In this document: positions 24,448 through 36,100 of the stretch, in pieces | How the letters are laid out: the number at the start of each line of letters is the position of its first letter | Position numbering within the stretch: position 1 is the stretch's first letter | Translations under genes and position numbers: made by a program | Source: Leucoraja erinacea | Taxonomy: Eukaryota | Length of the DNA: 64,000 nucleotides | Assembly: GCF_028641065.1 (NCBI RefSeq) | Contig: NC_073383.1 | Location: 20,336,001 to 20,400,000 of the forward strand | Reading direction: 5' to 3' | Notes under the pieces: model-generated | Told to the model about the DNA's origin: nothing | Database searches by the model: none | The model's input: only the letters and a program-made list of their open reading frames with translations

Positions 24448-25249
24448 TATTTCGAAAGAATGAACTGTAATCGCTTTTATGCCTCGTTGTTGGATGTTGA
24501 ATCACAGATTAATTATGTAGCCGTGGACATGTCAATCGATGGAGCGGTGAAGGTTTGGCTGTATAAAGATGTTACGTTAACTGGTCAGCAACCCAAGAAT
24601 GGCCTCTGCCATGCATTTCCACTGGAATAAGTTAATCAACCATGAGCCATCCATAATTTTCAGTTGCTGATCAATTTACTCTCCTTAGGAAAACACTTTT
24701 TCCAGTTCACATTTATAACTTAAATTATTCTGGAATGAAAATGTTTTTTGTTTATCTGTAAAACTGGGGATGGGCGAGTAAACACTTGTAATTATTGACC
24801 AAATTGGAATAGAAAATTCATAAGGAATATTAAATACTGGCAAACCATCACCAAAATGACAACAAAAACAATATCATTGCTTGCAAAACAGTTTAAAATA
24901 GTTTTTAGGATCAATGTATTCACTGTGATTCCTAAAATTGATGCCTAACAAATTATAAAACTCTCGGAGCTATAAAATTTGAAATATGTGACCTTTTTGA
25001 TTGGCTTAATGTTTGCAAACTACTTTTAAAATGTTATTCCTAAATTTTTACTTTTTGGATTTAAAGTTCCATAGCTTTAGTTAAGAACAAAATTAACTCG
25101 GTATACAGTGGTGCTGTTATTCTCGTGGCTTATGCAAGCTATTGAAATATTTTATTCAATGCAAGTAAACCCAGTCCACCTAATGATATTGCTCTGCCTG
25201 AATATTTACATTTTTTGTGTAATGTAACCAGTGAAAGGCAGGACCTGCA

Positions 25250-26060
25250 CAGTGAGTGGCATCGCAGGTAGATAGGGTGGTCAAAAAAGAGTTTCAGCAC
25301 AATAGCATTCATCAGTCAAAGTATTAAGTGTGGAAGGTACACAAAAAAGCTGGAGAAACTCAGCGGTTGCAGCAGCATCTATGGAGCGAAGGAAATGGGC
25401 AACGTTTCCGGCCGAAACCCTTCTTCAGACTGATGGGGGGGGGGGGGGCGGGGAGAAGAAAGGAAAAAGGAGGAGGAGCCCGAAGGCTGGGGGATGGGAG
25501 GAGACAGCAGGGGGAGTGAGGAAGGGGAGGAGGCAGCAAGGACTAACAAAATTGGGAGAATTCGATGTTCATGCCCCCAGGATGCAGACTCCCCAAACGG
25601 AATATGAGGTGCTGTTCCTCCAATTTCCGGTGTTGCTCGCTGTGGCCATGGAGGAGACCCAGGACAGAGAGGTCGGAGACGGAGTGGGCGGGGGAGCTGA
25701 AGTGCTGAGCCACCGGGAGGTCAGCTTGGTTATTGCGGACCGAGCTGAGTGTGGAAGTTGGAAGGTCATGCTGCAGTTATATAAACGTTGGTGAGGCCAC
25801 AGAGTATTGTGCTCAGTTTCAGGCACCATGTCATGTTGTTTAGCAGGAAAGGATGTGGAGAAGATTTACGAGGATGTTCCTAGGACTCGAGGGCCTGAGC
25901 TACAGGGAGAGCTTGAGCAGGCTAGGACTCTACTCCCTTGAGCACAGGAGAATGAGGGGTGATCTCATAGAGGTCTATAAAATCATAAGAGGAATAGATC
26001 GGGTTGAGTGACGCACAGAGCCTCTTGCCCAGAGTAACGGAATCGAGAATCAGAGGAATG
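25250..26060 (+). mobile_element. CR1 fragment interrupted by a Penelope-like element
   Basis: LQLYKxLVRP and RGDLIEVYKI remnants on either side of the insertion. Confidence 0.7.
25337..25747 (-). mobile_element. Penelope-like element 3' portion (GIY-YIG C-terminus, pyrimidine tract, hammerhead-type motif), nested in CR1
   Basis: Frame reads SVRNNQADLPVAQHFSSPAHSVSDLSVLGLLHGHSEQHRKLEEQHLIFRLGSLHPGGMNIEFSQFC*; TSD AGTGTGGAAG 25327-25336 / 25748-25757. Confidence 0.85.
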
Positions 26061-26173
26061 GGTGTCGTTTCGGGTCGAGACCCTTCTTCAATCTGAGTTT
26101 ATCTAGAGATGCTGCCTATCCCGCTGAGATACTCCAGCTTTTTGTGTCTACCCTCGGTTTAAACCAGCATCTG

Positions 26174-26900
26174 CAGGTGGTCTCCAATCTATGGCCCGCG
26201 CAGGCCACATCCGGCCCGCAGCAAACTCAGAGCAGGAAAGATCGTGTGTCAGACGTCAAACGCGGCACGAAAAACAAAGCGATGTCAGAGGACGGCAGGC
26301 GGATGATCAGCTGGCGCACACCAGCTGATTGGCGAGCTTCCCAATACGGTTGAATTAAAGGAACCCCGTTTTTATTAGTTAGTTAAAATAATTTAACCTC
26401 TTTATAATTTACAAACCGAAGGAAGGTTAAAATAAGGATAGTTGAATTAGGACAACGTTAATAATAAAGAGCTTTAAGGGCAGTTGAAGAGCTCGAGGGA
26501 GTCGGAATGTTTTCTGGATCTTATATTCTATGTGTTCATAACGTAAAAAGTCTTCAAATGTATTAACTTTTCAGGTTTTGGCAGCATTATCATGATTAGC
26601 ATTTATTAATGGACTCATTGGCTTGGCCATTTCAGAAGATATTTTAATTATGTTAAAGTCCAAGTGACGTGTAGAAGAAACATCCTATTCAGGGACGAGA
26701 GATTACATCTATACCAGTAAACTGGGAAAAAGTCAAATTTGATAGAAAATTATGACTGGTATGGTGTAAACTGAGAAATGGTTCTGCTTGGGAGATGGTT
26801 CAATACCGTGGAAACATGCAATCAAAGTGTTTGCGGGCCATAGAGTGTGTTTGTTTCCGTGTCTTTTATTCAGTGACTGTGCCATCAACAGAGGGTCGGG
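26174..26900 (+). mobile_element. hAT 5' end and degenerate transposase remnant
   Basis: CAGGTGGTCTCCAATCTATGGCCCGCG...GGCCACATCCGGCCCG is a typical Charlie-like terminus; RVCLFPCLLF resembles a TTF-type zinc finger. Confidence 0.45.
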
Positions 26901-27169
26901 CATGAGATCTGGAGTCTATTATTTTCCCGGTGGGAACTGCAGGTTTGCCACGGGGGTGAGTTTGGAGGAAGCTTGTGTTTTATTTATTATTTGAGGTTGG
27001 TATTTGGAACAACGGATTTTCCTTTTCAAATTTCTCGATGCTACTGAGATTATTTCCACGGGCTTGTTTTTAAAAAAGGGAATGCTTTTCTGTATGTAGT
27101 TAAAATACTCAGACGTCAATGTTTGGGTTAACACATAATGGCTGACTGCTCTGGGATGAATGGGTTAAC

Positions 27170-28180
27170 ATATAGTGACCGTTTGACTGCTCTGGGCCTG
27201 TATTCCCTGGAGTTTAGAAGGATGAGAGGGATTCTCATTGAAACTTACCCAATATTGAAAGGCAACAGACAATAGGTGCAGGAGTAGGCTATTTGGCCCT
27301 TCAAGCCAGCACTGCCATTCACTGTGATCATGGCTGATCATCCACAATCAGAACCCATTCCTGCCTTCTCCCCATATCCCCTAACTCCACTATATTTAAG
27401 AGCTCTATCTAACTCTCTCTTGAAAGCATCCAGAGAATTGGCCTCCACTGCCTCCTGAGGCAGAGAATTCCACAGATTCACAACCCACTGTGTGAAAAAG
27501 TTTGTCCTCATCTCCGTTCTAAATGACTTGCCCCCAGTGGCGGACTGGCCAAAGGGCCCCCTATATCAAGTCAAGTGGGCCCCTTTGTCTCCTGGCAACC
27601 AATATTTTTAGACCCAGTCCACCACTGCTTACCCCTTATTCTTAAACTGTGGCCCCTGGTTGTGGACTCCCCCAACATCGGGAACATGTTTCCTGCCTCT
27701 AGCGTGTCCAAACCCTTAATAATCTTATATGTTTCAATAAGATCCCCTCTCACCCTTCTAAATTCCAGAGGATACAAGCCTAGCCGCTCCATTCTATCAA
27801 CATATGATAGCCTCGTCATCCCAGCAATTAACCTCGTGAACCTATGCTGCACCCCCTGGATAGAGTGGATATGATGAGCATGTTTCCATTAGTGGGAGAG
27901 TCAAGGATCAGAGGGCAAAACCTCACAATAAAAGTATGTGTCTTTAGAAAAGTAAGGAGAAATTTATTTAGCTAGAGGGTGGTGCATCTGTGGAATTCAC
28001 TGCCACAGGCAGCTGTGGAGGCCAAGTCATTGGGTACTTTTAAAGTGGATATTGATAGGATCTTGATGAGTAATGATACCAAAGGTTACAGGGAGATGGC
28101 AGGAGAATGGGGTTGAGAGGGCAAGATAGATCAGCCATGATTGAACGGCCAAATTCTGCTCCTATGTTTTATGAACTTCA
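27170..28180. mobile_element. Nested CR1 3' fragments (a minus-strand copy, about 27266-27855, inside a plus-strand copy)
   Basis: [22 protein letters not shown] on the minus strand; plus-strand GGTGCATCTGTGGAATTCACTGCC and tail. Confidence 0.8.
27535..27627. mobile_element. 93-bp hAT MITE inserted in CR1
   Basis: TIRs CAGTGGCGGACTGG / CCAGTCCACCACTG; 8-bp TSD CTTGCCCC / CTTACCCC. Confidence 0.85.
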
Positions 28181-28920
28181 GTTGATCTCATCTGACTGCA
28201 ATATTGGTCCATTACAGGCACCGGGGGTGTCAGGTATAAATATTGGCTTTGGATGGATTGTTAAAAGAATGCTGGGTGACAGATAGCATCTAATTTCTCA
28301 GTCTAGTCAATGTAATCATTTTTCATTAAGGTATGGTATATTAATGAAATTATGTTCATTCATAAATGGCTGTATGTCCAGTATCTAGTCTTCTGTTGGC
28401 AGCATTGGTGGTAAGAACATGTGATTCTAAAATACACACTTGGATTTTAATAGGATTGTGTTGTTACTTATTCCTTGGGTTTATGTTGTTAAATATTCTG
28501 TAATGCAAACCAACTGTGAAACATATGGCAATTGGTTTAGTTATGCAAGCGCCTTCCAGTTTATTGAAGCATGTTTTCTATTATGGGGCCCAGGACCCAG
28601 AATTCTTGAGCCGATTCCAAACTGGCCTAACATGCTGCTCATTTTGGACACAACCAGGGATAAAGAGTAAAGGTTCGCTAAGTCAAGTCGGGTTAAAATG
28701 AATGAATCAATAGAATTAAAACTGGAATGAATAGCTATGTAGAGCACTTTGTAATAAAGTATTTATCATCTTTAGTGTTTGCATTTTGGACACAACCAGG
28801 GATAGAGAGTAGGAACTGACTAAGTCAATTCTGCAAACTATGAATGAATAGTTAATTAAGTATGTGTAGGAAGGAACTGCAGATGCTGGTTTAAAACAAA
28901 GATGCTGGTTTAAAACAAAG

Positions 28921-29030
28921 AATATTGCGTTGGGGGAATAGGGAGTGGTGGAATATTGCGTTGGGGAATGGGTTGTGTTGGGGGACCAGGCCTCCCGTGT
29001 GACTGGGACCCAACGTGTCCCACTTACTCG
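28921..29030 (+). mobile_element. Helitron 3' fragment
   Basis: GGGACCCAACGTGTCCCACTT hairpin and subterminal repeats shared with the other copies, in the opposite orientation. Confidence 0.6.
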
Positions 29031-29583
29031 TATTTTGTATGAGTGAAGTCCTCTCGTTCTTATTCAAAGACAAATTTAAGTTAAAATTTAAGTACAAAAT
29101 GGGTGGATGTGGAAGAGTTTTCAGAAGGAGAAACTGGTCATACAAACTGGAGGCTTGGATGTTTTAGGCTCCTGTATTATGAAGTCTTTGAAACTGTAGG
29201 CTTTATAAGGTGGTGCTGCTAGACTTTACAGGATAGACTAACAGGCAAATGAGGGTGGGCGAAGAAAAGATTAATTATATTTTCCTGCAGACTGTAAATA
29301 AAATAAATTACACATCTTATATCAAAGATAGACATTTGGAGTTTGCATTTGGAAAAAAAAAAATTAGATTGCAGGGAGAATGAATTATTAAAGATTTTGA
29401 ATTATTTTACATGCTTGCTGAACTACCAGGGGTATTCTTCACATCAATACTGTCCTTTGAGGAAAATCGAATTTTTGGACAGTTCAATATGGTAAGTTTA
29501 CAAACAGTGAAATAGGTGAAACTGGTAGTCAAATGAACTCTCATCAGAGACATATGAATATATGGCGCATTTATAATATAGTA

Positions 29584-31828
29584 TTAGACCAAGTGGGACC
29601 CGTTGGGCCCCGTTCCCCCAACGAAATATTCCACCACTCACTCATAGCCCCCAACTGCGCAGGCATGGCTGACGTTTTTAAAGTTTAAAATGGCAATAAA
29701 ATGTGAACACATCTCACTCTCCTTCTTCCCCTAGTCCTCTCCTCCATTATCCTCCCTCTCCCCACCCTCCACCAACCCTCCTCTGCTTCCTCCCCTCCTC
29801 TCTTCCCCCTCCCTTACCTTATCATCCCCCTTCCTCCCCTTCTCTTAACCCTCCCTCTTCTGTTCCCTATCCTCCTCACCTTCCTCACTCCCTCCCTCCC
29901 TTTCCTTTTCCCTACCCTGTCACTCCTTCCCTCCATAACCTCTCCCTCTATCCACCTCCTCCCCCATTCCTCACTTCCCCTATGCCACCCACCCATTTTC
30001 CCTCCTCACCTCCCCTCCTCTCCCTCTGTCTCCCCCTCCTCTCCCTCTATCTCCCCCTCCTCTCACTATCCCTCCTCTCCTCCCCCACCTTCCCCTCCCT
30101 CCCAGACCCCCTCCTCTATTCCCCCCATCCTCCCCCACTCTACCCCTCCCACTTTCCCCTCTACCCCACTGCTCCCCCACTACTCGCCTCCCCCCTATCC
30201 CACACCCCACAATGAAAATTGCAATGGTTTTTTTTATGGAATTCTCAACAAAACGTGCATTTTTCTTTAAAATAACCCAAAGAAAATGATAGCTGTTAAT
30301 GAAAACGGAATAATTTGATTAAAAGGGGTTTTTCTTCAGAATAAAATAAGTCAATGAAAATGGCGATTTAAAAAAATGATTTTCGGGATCCCAATGTGAC
30401 ATCATCGTGACGTCGAATGCGGCTGAAAAATGATTTTTGTAATGTTTAAAATGTCAATAACGTAAAATATACCATAAATCTGAACTAAATTTGTTTCATT
30501 TACATCGCACGACAATGGTAAGGTAGGCCAAAAATTGTAGCGCTATTGTGTACCATTTTGGCGGTATTTTGGGATCTCACATGCATGCACGCATACAAAC
30601 AAACGAACAAGATGAGAGTTTTAGTAATGTACTAGAACAAGTGCAGACCCGTTGGGTCTGCTCCCCCAACGCACCCGTTCCCTACCCGTAGCCCCCACGG
30701 GAGGCGTGGTCCTCCAACTCGAGCCGTTCCAGAACGTAATTAAAGCTGTTCACTGCTAGCCGAGCCATTGTGACGTCATCAGTTGAACCGGTCGTTTTAA
30801 ATTCAGTCTTTTGATTTTTTTTAAACTTTTATCAGTAATAAGTCGAGAATAAGTTGAGAAATAAAGCATAAAATGTGCAGTGAAGGTGATCGCTGCCTAG
30901 TGGGGAAAAATGTGAATCAGAATATGTACAAATCTTGTGAAAGTACACATTTTTAAAGCTTTAATCGCACGTTTTTTAATAAGTACTGGACCAAGTGCAG
31001 ACCCGTTGGGTCTGTGCCCCAACGCACCCGTTCCCTACCCATAGCCCCCATGGGAGGCGTTGTCCTCATATAGGATGAAATCTTCAGTGAAGCTGATCAC
31101 AGCTAGCCAAGCCATTGTGACGTCATCAGTTGAAGCTGATTGTTTTAAATTCAAAGCATTTTGATTTTTTTTTTAAACTTTTAATCAGTAACAAGTCGAG
31201 AAATAAAGCATAAAATGTCAGTGAAGGTGGTTTCCGCCTCGGGGGGGGGGGGTAAAATGTCAAACAGAACATGTAAAAATGTTATTGTTACCACACATGG
31301 ATATATACACATGGACAAGATCAAACTTTTAATGTACTAGACGAGGGGGGAAGTTGACAGGAGAGGGGGGTGAGAGAGAGAGGAGGGGGGCGGGTTGGGG
31401 GGGAAACCGCTTCCACAAAGGGTGGGGGAGGGGTCCCCTGTGTGAGAGCGATGGAGGGGGCAGAGGTGCGGAACCCACAGGGGAGAGCGAGGCTTCACGA
31501 GCTGCGGGTAGGGAGAGCGGGGGAGAGAGGGGAGGAGAGGAGGGAGGGTGTAGTGTAGACGTAACTCGGCCTCGCGCCGCCCGGGGTGGGGGAAGGGGGG
31601 AGAGAAGTGAGGCAAGAGTGGGGAGGAGTGGGGAGGAGGAGAGAGGGGTAGGGGGAGTGGTGGAAGAGGGACAGATAGGGGGAAGGGGGCAGGGGAGAGA
31701 GGGAAGGAGTGGGGGAGAGAGTGGATTTGCGAATGTAAAAGTGAAATCTCTACCGAAATGGAAAACATTCTCGGAGTTTCTGTGTGTGGTTTTGGCGGAC
31801 CAAGGAATCAAAGGCCAAAAATCTAATC
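29584..31828 (-). mobile_element. Head-to-tail cluster of non-autonomous Helitrons
   Basis: Hairpin plus CTRR-type termini at 29584, 30632 and 30986, and a CTAG junction at 31337; internal CT-rich and purine-rich tracts; runs into an N gap. Confidence 0.75.
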
Positions 31829-32055
31829 NNNNNNNNNNNNNNNNNNNNNNNNNNNNNNNNNNNNNNNNNNNNNNNNNNNNNNNNNNNNNNNNNNNNNNNN
31901 NNNNNNNNNNNNNNNNNNNNNNNNNNNNNNNNNNNNNNNNNNNNNNNNNNNNNNNNNNNNNNNNNNNNNNNNNNNNNNNNNNNNNNNNNNNNNNNNNNNN
32001 NNNNNNNNNNNNNNNNNNNNNNNNNNNNNNNNNNNNNNNNNNNNNNNNNNNNNNN
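31829..32055. other. Assembly gap (227 N)
   Basis: Run of N. Confidence 1.
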
Positions 32056-32816
32056 GTTTGCAATTGGATACCTTTCATATAATTTAATAACCTAGCTAAC
32101 ACTCATTACACTCAACTATACCCTTGCTAAGCAGGAAGATGAACCTCCTTGTATCTGCAATTGGATATAGTACAACTGAAGGAAAACAAAAGCTTTAATC
32201 CTGATTTTTTTTTTAAACACAAAGGAGAAAATGTTCTGAGTTGTACTATCACCTGTTAATTTGCTCTATTCAAATTAAAATAATAATGACATTTTAGAAC
32301 TATAATTTCTTACACATATACTTGATAATTAGTCCTTTACAATCAACTTGCAATTTAAAACCCAAGAGAGAATATGCTTATTCATATTTAAAAATAATAA
32401 ATGAACAACAAACATTAATGTGTTGCCGAAACAAGGAACTGCAGATGCTGGTTTACAAAGAAAAAAACAGTGCTGGATTAGTCAATGGGTCAGGCAGCAT
32501 CACTGGAGAGCATGCCCTTCTTCAGAATGTTTGTAGCAGGGAGAGATGGAAACTTGAAAAGAGGAGGGCAAGTCAAAGCCTGGCAGGTAATAGATTGATA
32601 CAGGTTAGACTGGGTTTTTTGAAAGCCAGATGGTTAGACAAGAAAACAGAGATGAAAATGCAGAAGGAGTGAGATAAAAGGATTGAAGAATTGGAAAACT
32701 AGAGGAAGGAATGAGGGGGAGGGGAGAAATTAGTGTGAGTCCAGGTGGGGCCACAGAGGTGGGGGGAGAAGAGGGAGATGTAGGGGAGGAGGTCCAATTC
32801 AGGCAAACCATGTACA

Positions 32817-33118
32817 TTATCTGACTCTTTTGTGCCACAGATCAAAGCAGGGCACTACATGCAGTCTCACATATTTCTGTCCATTGAATGAGCACTCGAG
32901 GCATCCGTACACTGTCTCTCTTCGGGAACTTCCCATGCCACAAAGAACGCAGGGTCCTTTAGCAATATTGTTGTTGAGAAGGTTGACTCGCGTGTGGGCG
33001 TTATCCCGAAGGTAGTTGGTGGAAATATCTGTCATACTCGTAGCCTTCTCGTAATAGTCGGCGACCAAATCCTCCAAATAAAGATCAGAATTCCTGATGC
33101 CATCCAACACTTTCTCAT
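32817..33118 (-). CDS. PJVK: PJVK last coding exon (302 nt to stop)
   Basis: AACAG|, [14 protein letters not shown]...[14 protein letters not shown]. Confidence 0.95.
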
Positions 33119-36100
33119 CTGTTCACATAAACAGTAACACCATTGTTGCATGTCACCAAAAACATTTCTCGTGAGAATCCAAAGGCTAACTTTGACTTCT
33201 CTGGACTATGAGCAACCATTGTAAAAGATAAACAGCATTACCAACTAGTATTAAGCTTTCCATAGTAGGATACCTGCCTTTATGCATAGAAATGAAAGGT
33301 TATTTTTGATCAGGAAACTCGAGATAAAGGAGCCATTAGGAGGTGGTGACCATAATATGATGTTTTAATCTACAATTTGAGAGGGAGAAGGGTAAATTGG
33401 AGGTGTTGGTATTACAGTTGAGCAAAGAGGTCTATGGAGCCATGAGGGAGGAGTTGGCCAAATTTGACTGGAAAGAAACCCTAGCGGGGATGACAGTGGA
33501 ACAACAATGGCAGGTATTTCTAGGAATTATAAAGAAGGTGCAGGATCGGTTCATTCCAAAGAGGAAGATAGATTCCAAGGGGGGGTAAAGGATGAATTTA
33601 TTATGGGGAACAAGGAAATGGCAGATGAGTTCCACAGGTACTTTCGACCTGTCTTTACTAAGGAGAACATAAACCATCTTCCTGATGTACTAGTGGCCAG
33701 AGGATCTAGGGTGATGGAGGAGCTGAAAGAAATCCACATTAGGCAGGATTTTTTGAGGATGTAACCAGGATAATGGACAAGGGAGAGCCAGTGGATGTAG
33801 TGTACCTGGACTTTCAGAAAGCATTTGATAAGGTCCCACATAGGAGATTAGTGAGCAAAATTAGAGCACATGGTATTGGGGGTCGGGTGCTGACATGGAT
33901 AGAAAATTGGTTGGCAGACAGGAAACAAAGGCTATGAATTAACGGGTCCCTTTCAGAATGGGAGGCAGTGACTAGTGGTGTACCGCAAGGCTCGGTGCTG
34001 GGACCACAGCTATTTACAATATATATTAATGAAGTGATTAAAGGTAACATTCGAAAATTTGCAGATGACACTAAGCTGGGTGGCAGTGTGAACTATGAGG
34101 ATGCTATGAGGATGCAGGGTGACTTGGACAGGTTGGGTGAGTGGGCAGATGCATGGCAGATGCAGTTTAATGTGGGTCAATGTGAGATTATCCACTTTGG
34201 TGGCAAAAACAGGAAGGCAGATTGTTATCTGAATGGTGTCTTCTTCTTGCGTTTGAGGCAGCAGAAGTCTGCAGCAGGGTGATGCCATCTGGTTCTACAT
34301 CCGTAGGTGCACGCCCTAAAAAGGGCACATGCTCCGGGTTGGCGCCAAGCTGCAGCGCTGCTGCTGTCTCTGTTTGTTGTCGTTCACCTGACTGAGGTCA
34401 GTTGACAGGGCTCACCACGGGGAGGTTGACAACATGAGCCGGGAAAAGGGGAAGTACAACGGGATCTGGGGGTCTTTGTTCATCAGTCACTGAAAGTAAG
34501 CATGCAGTGAAGAAATCGAATGGCATGTTGGCCTTCATAACAAGAGGAGTTGAGTATAGGAGCAAAGAGGTCCTCCTGCAATTGTACAAGGCCATAGTGA
34601 GACCACAACTGAAGTATTGTTTGCAGCTTTGGTCTCCAAACTTGAGGAAGGACATTCTTGCTATTGAGGGAGTGCAGCGTAGGTTCACGAGGTTAATTCC
34701 TGGGATTTCGGGACTGTCATAAGTTGACAGATTGGAGCGGCTGGGCTTGTATACTCTGGAATTTAGAAGGATGAGAGGGAATCTTATTGAAACATATAAG
34801 ATTATTAAGGGTTTGGACACGCTAGAGGCAGGAAACATGTTCTCAATGTTGGGGGAGTCAGGGGCCATAGTTTAAAAATAAGTGGTAAGCCATTTAGAAT
34901 GGAGATGAGGAAAAACTTTTTCACACAGAGAGTTGTGAGTGTGTGGAATTCTCTGCCTCGGAGGGCGGTTTAGGCTGGTTCTCTGGATTCTTTCAAGGGA
35001 GATTTAGATAGAGCTTCTAGGGATAGCGGAGTTATGGAGAGAAGGCAGGAATGGGGTACTGATTGTGGATGATCAGCCAATCATCAAGGGCCGAATGGCC
35101 TACTCCTGCACCTATTGTCTATTGTTATTTTCAGAAATTTGAATTGATTATCTACATGTGCTGACTATTTGAAGGGAGGAATGAATAAAATAATAGAATT
35201 TGTGCATGGGTGATCAATGGCTGGTGCAGACTTGGTGACCGAAGGGCCCGTTTCCACACTGTATCTCTAAACTAAACCTATAGTTTCCTCTGGTCTAGGT
35301 AGCTTTCAACAGGAAAAGCGTAAAAAAGTCCCCGCCCTTATAAATGTCTAATATTTTCATTATTGCAGAGAGGGAAGTATATAATGACAAAGGCATTTCA
35401 AAGCAAATTAAGTCAAACTTGTCATCCCATCTACTTACAAAATGCATGCTCCTAATGAATAAATGCTACTAATAGATGACATCAGGCTTCTAGCTACAAA
35501 AAGCATTTCGATTTGTTACAGCTTGCATGTAAAATCACATAGACATAATTTGTGACAATGGAAGTCCAAATTACCTTCCATTGTATGATGCCAGGATGAT
35601 ATCTGGCATCATCTGGGTTTAGTTACTGTAGATGTGTCCCAGCCAGTGCACAAAACATCCTCTGGGCTGATCGAACATGCTTAAAAACATCTTTGTTGCT
35701 TCATTCGGGGTAACATGGTGTACATGCGGAATAATTTGTAGTCTTCAAGGGGACTTTTGGTAACTTCCAACAAAACTTTTATTGAGCTCCAAGAGATCGT
35801 ATGATATAACATGTTAATATTTCTGTTTCAACAGTGATTTTTAACGATGTAATTATGGGAATACAAGATTTCTTGTTGCTTAGAATTGCTTCATTTTGAC
35901 TACAGAAATCCAGTAATCTGGATGAAACATCTATTGAGTAAAAAGATAAGTTACTATCCTTTTTGTAAATGATGAGTTGAGCAAAGTTTTGGATGAAGTC
36001 ATGATTAGCCAAATGAAAACTGCACCAAATTATACATTTCCCATTTTCCTTTGGCATGCAGTATGTTACCAAAAACTGTAATCAGCATTTGCCTGCCAAA

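Noticed and set aside
29703-32102. Pro-rich and Gly/Arg-rich ORFs
   Set aside because: Low-complexity CT/GA tracts inside Helitrons, and ORFs running through N gaps.
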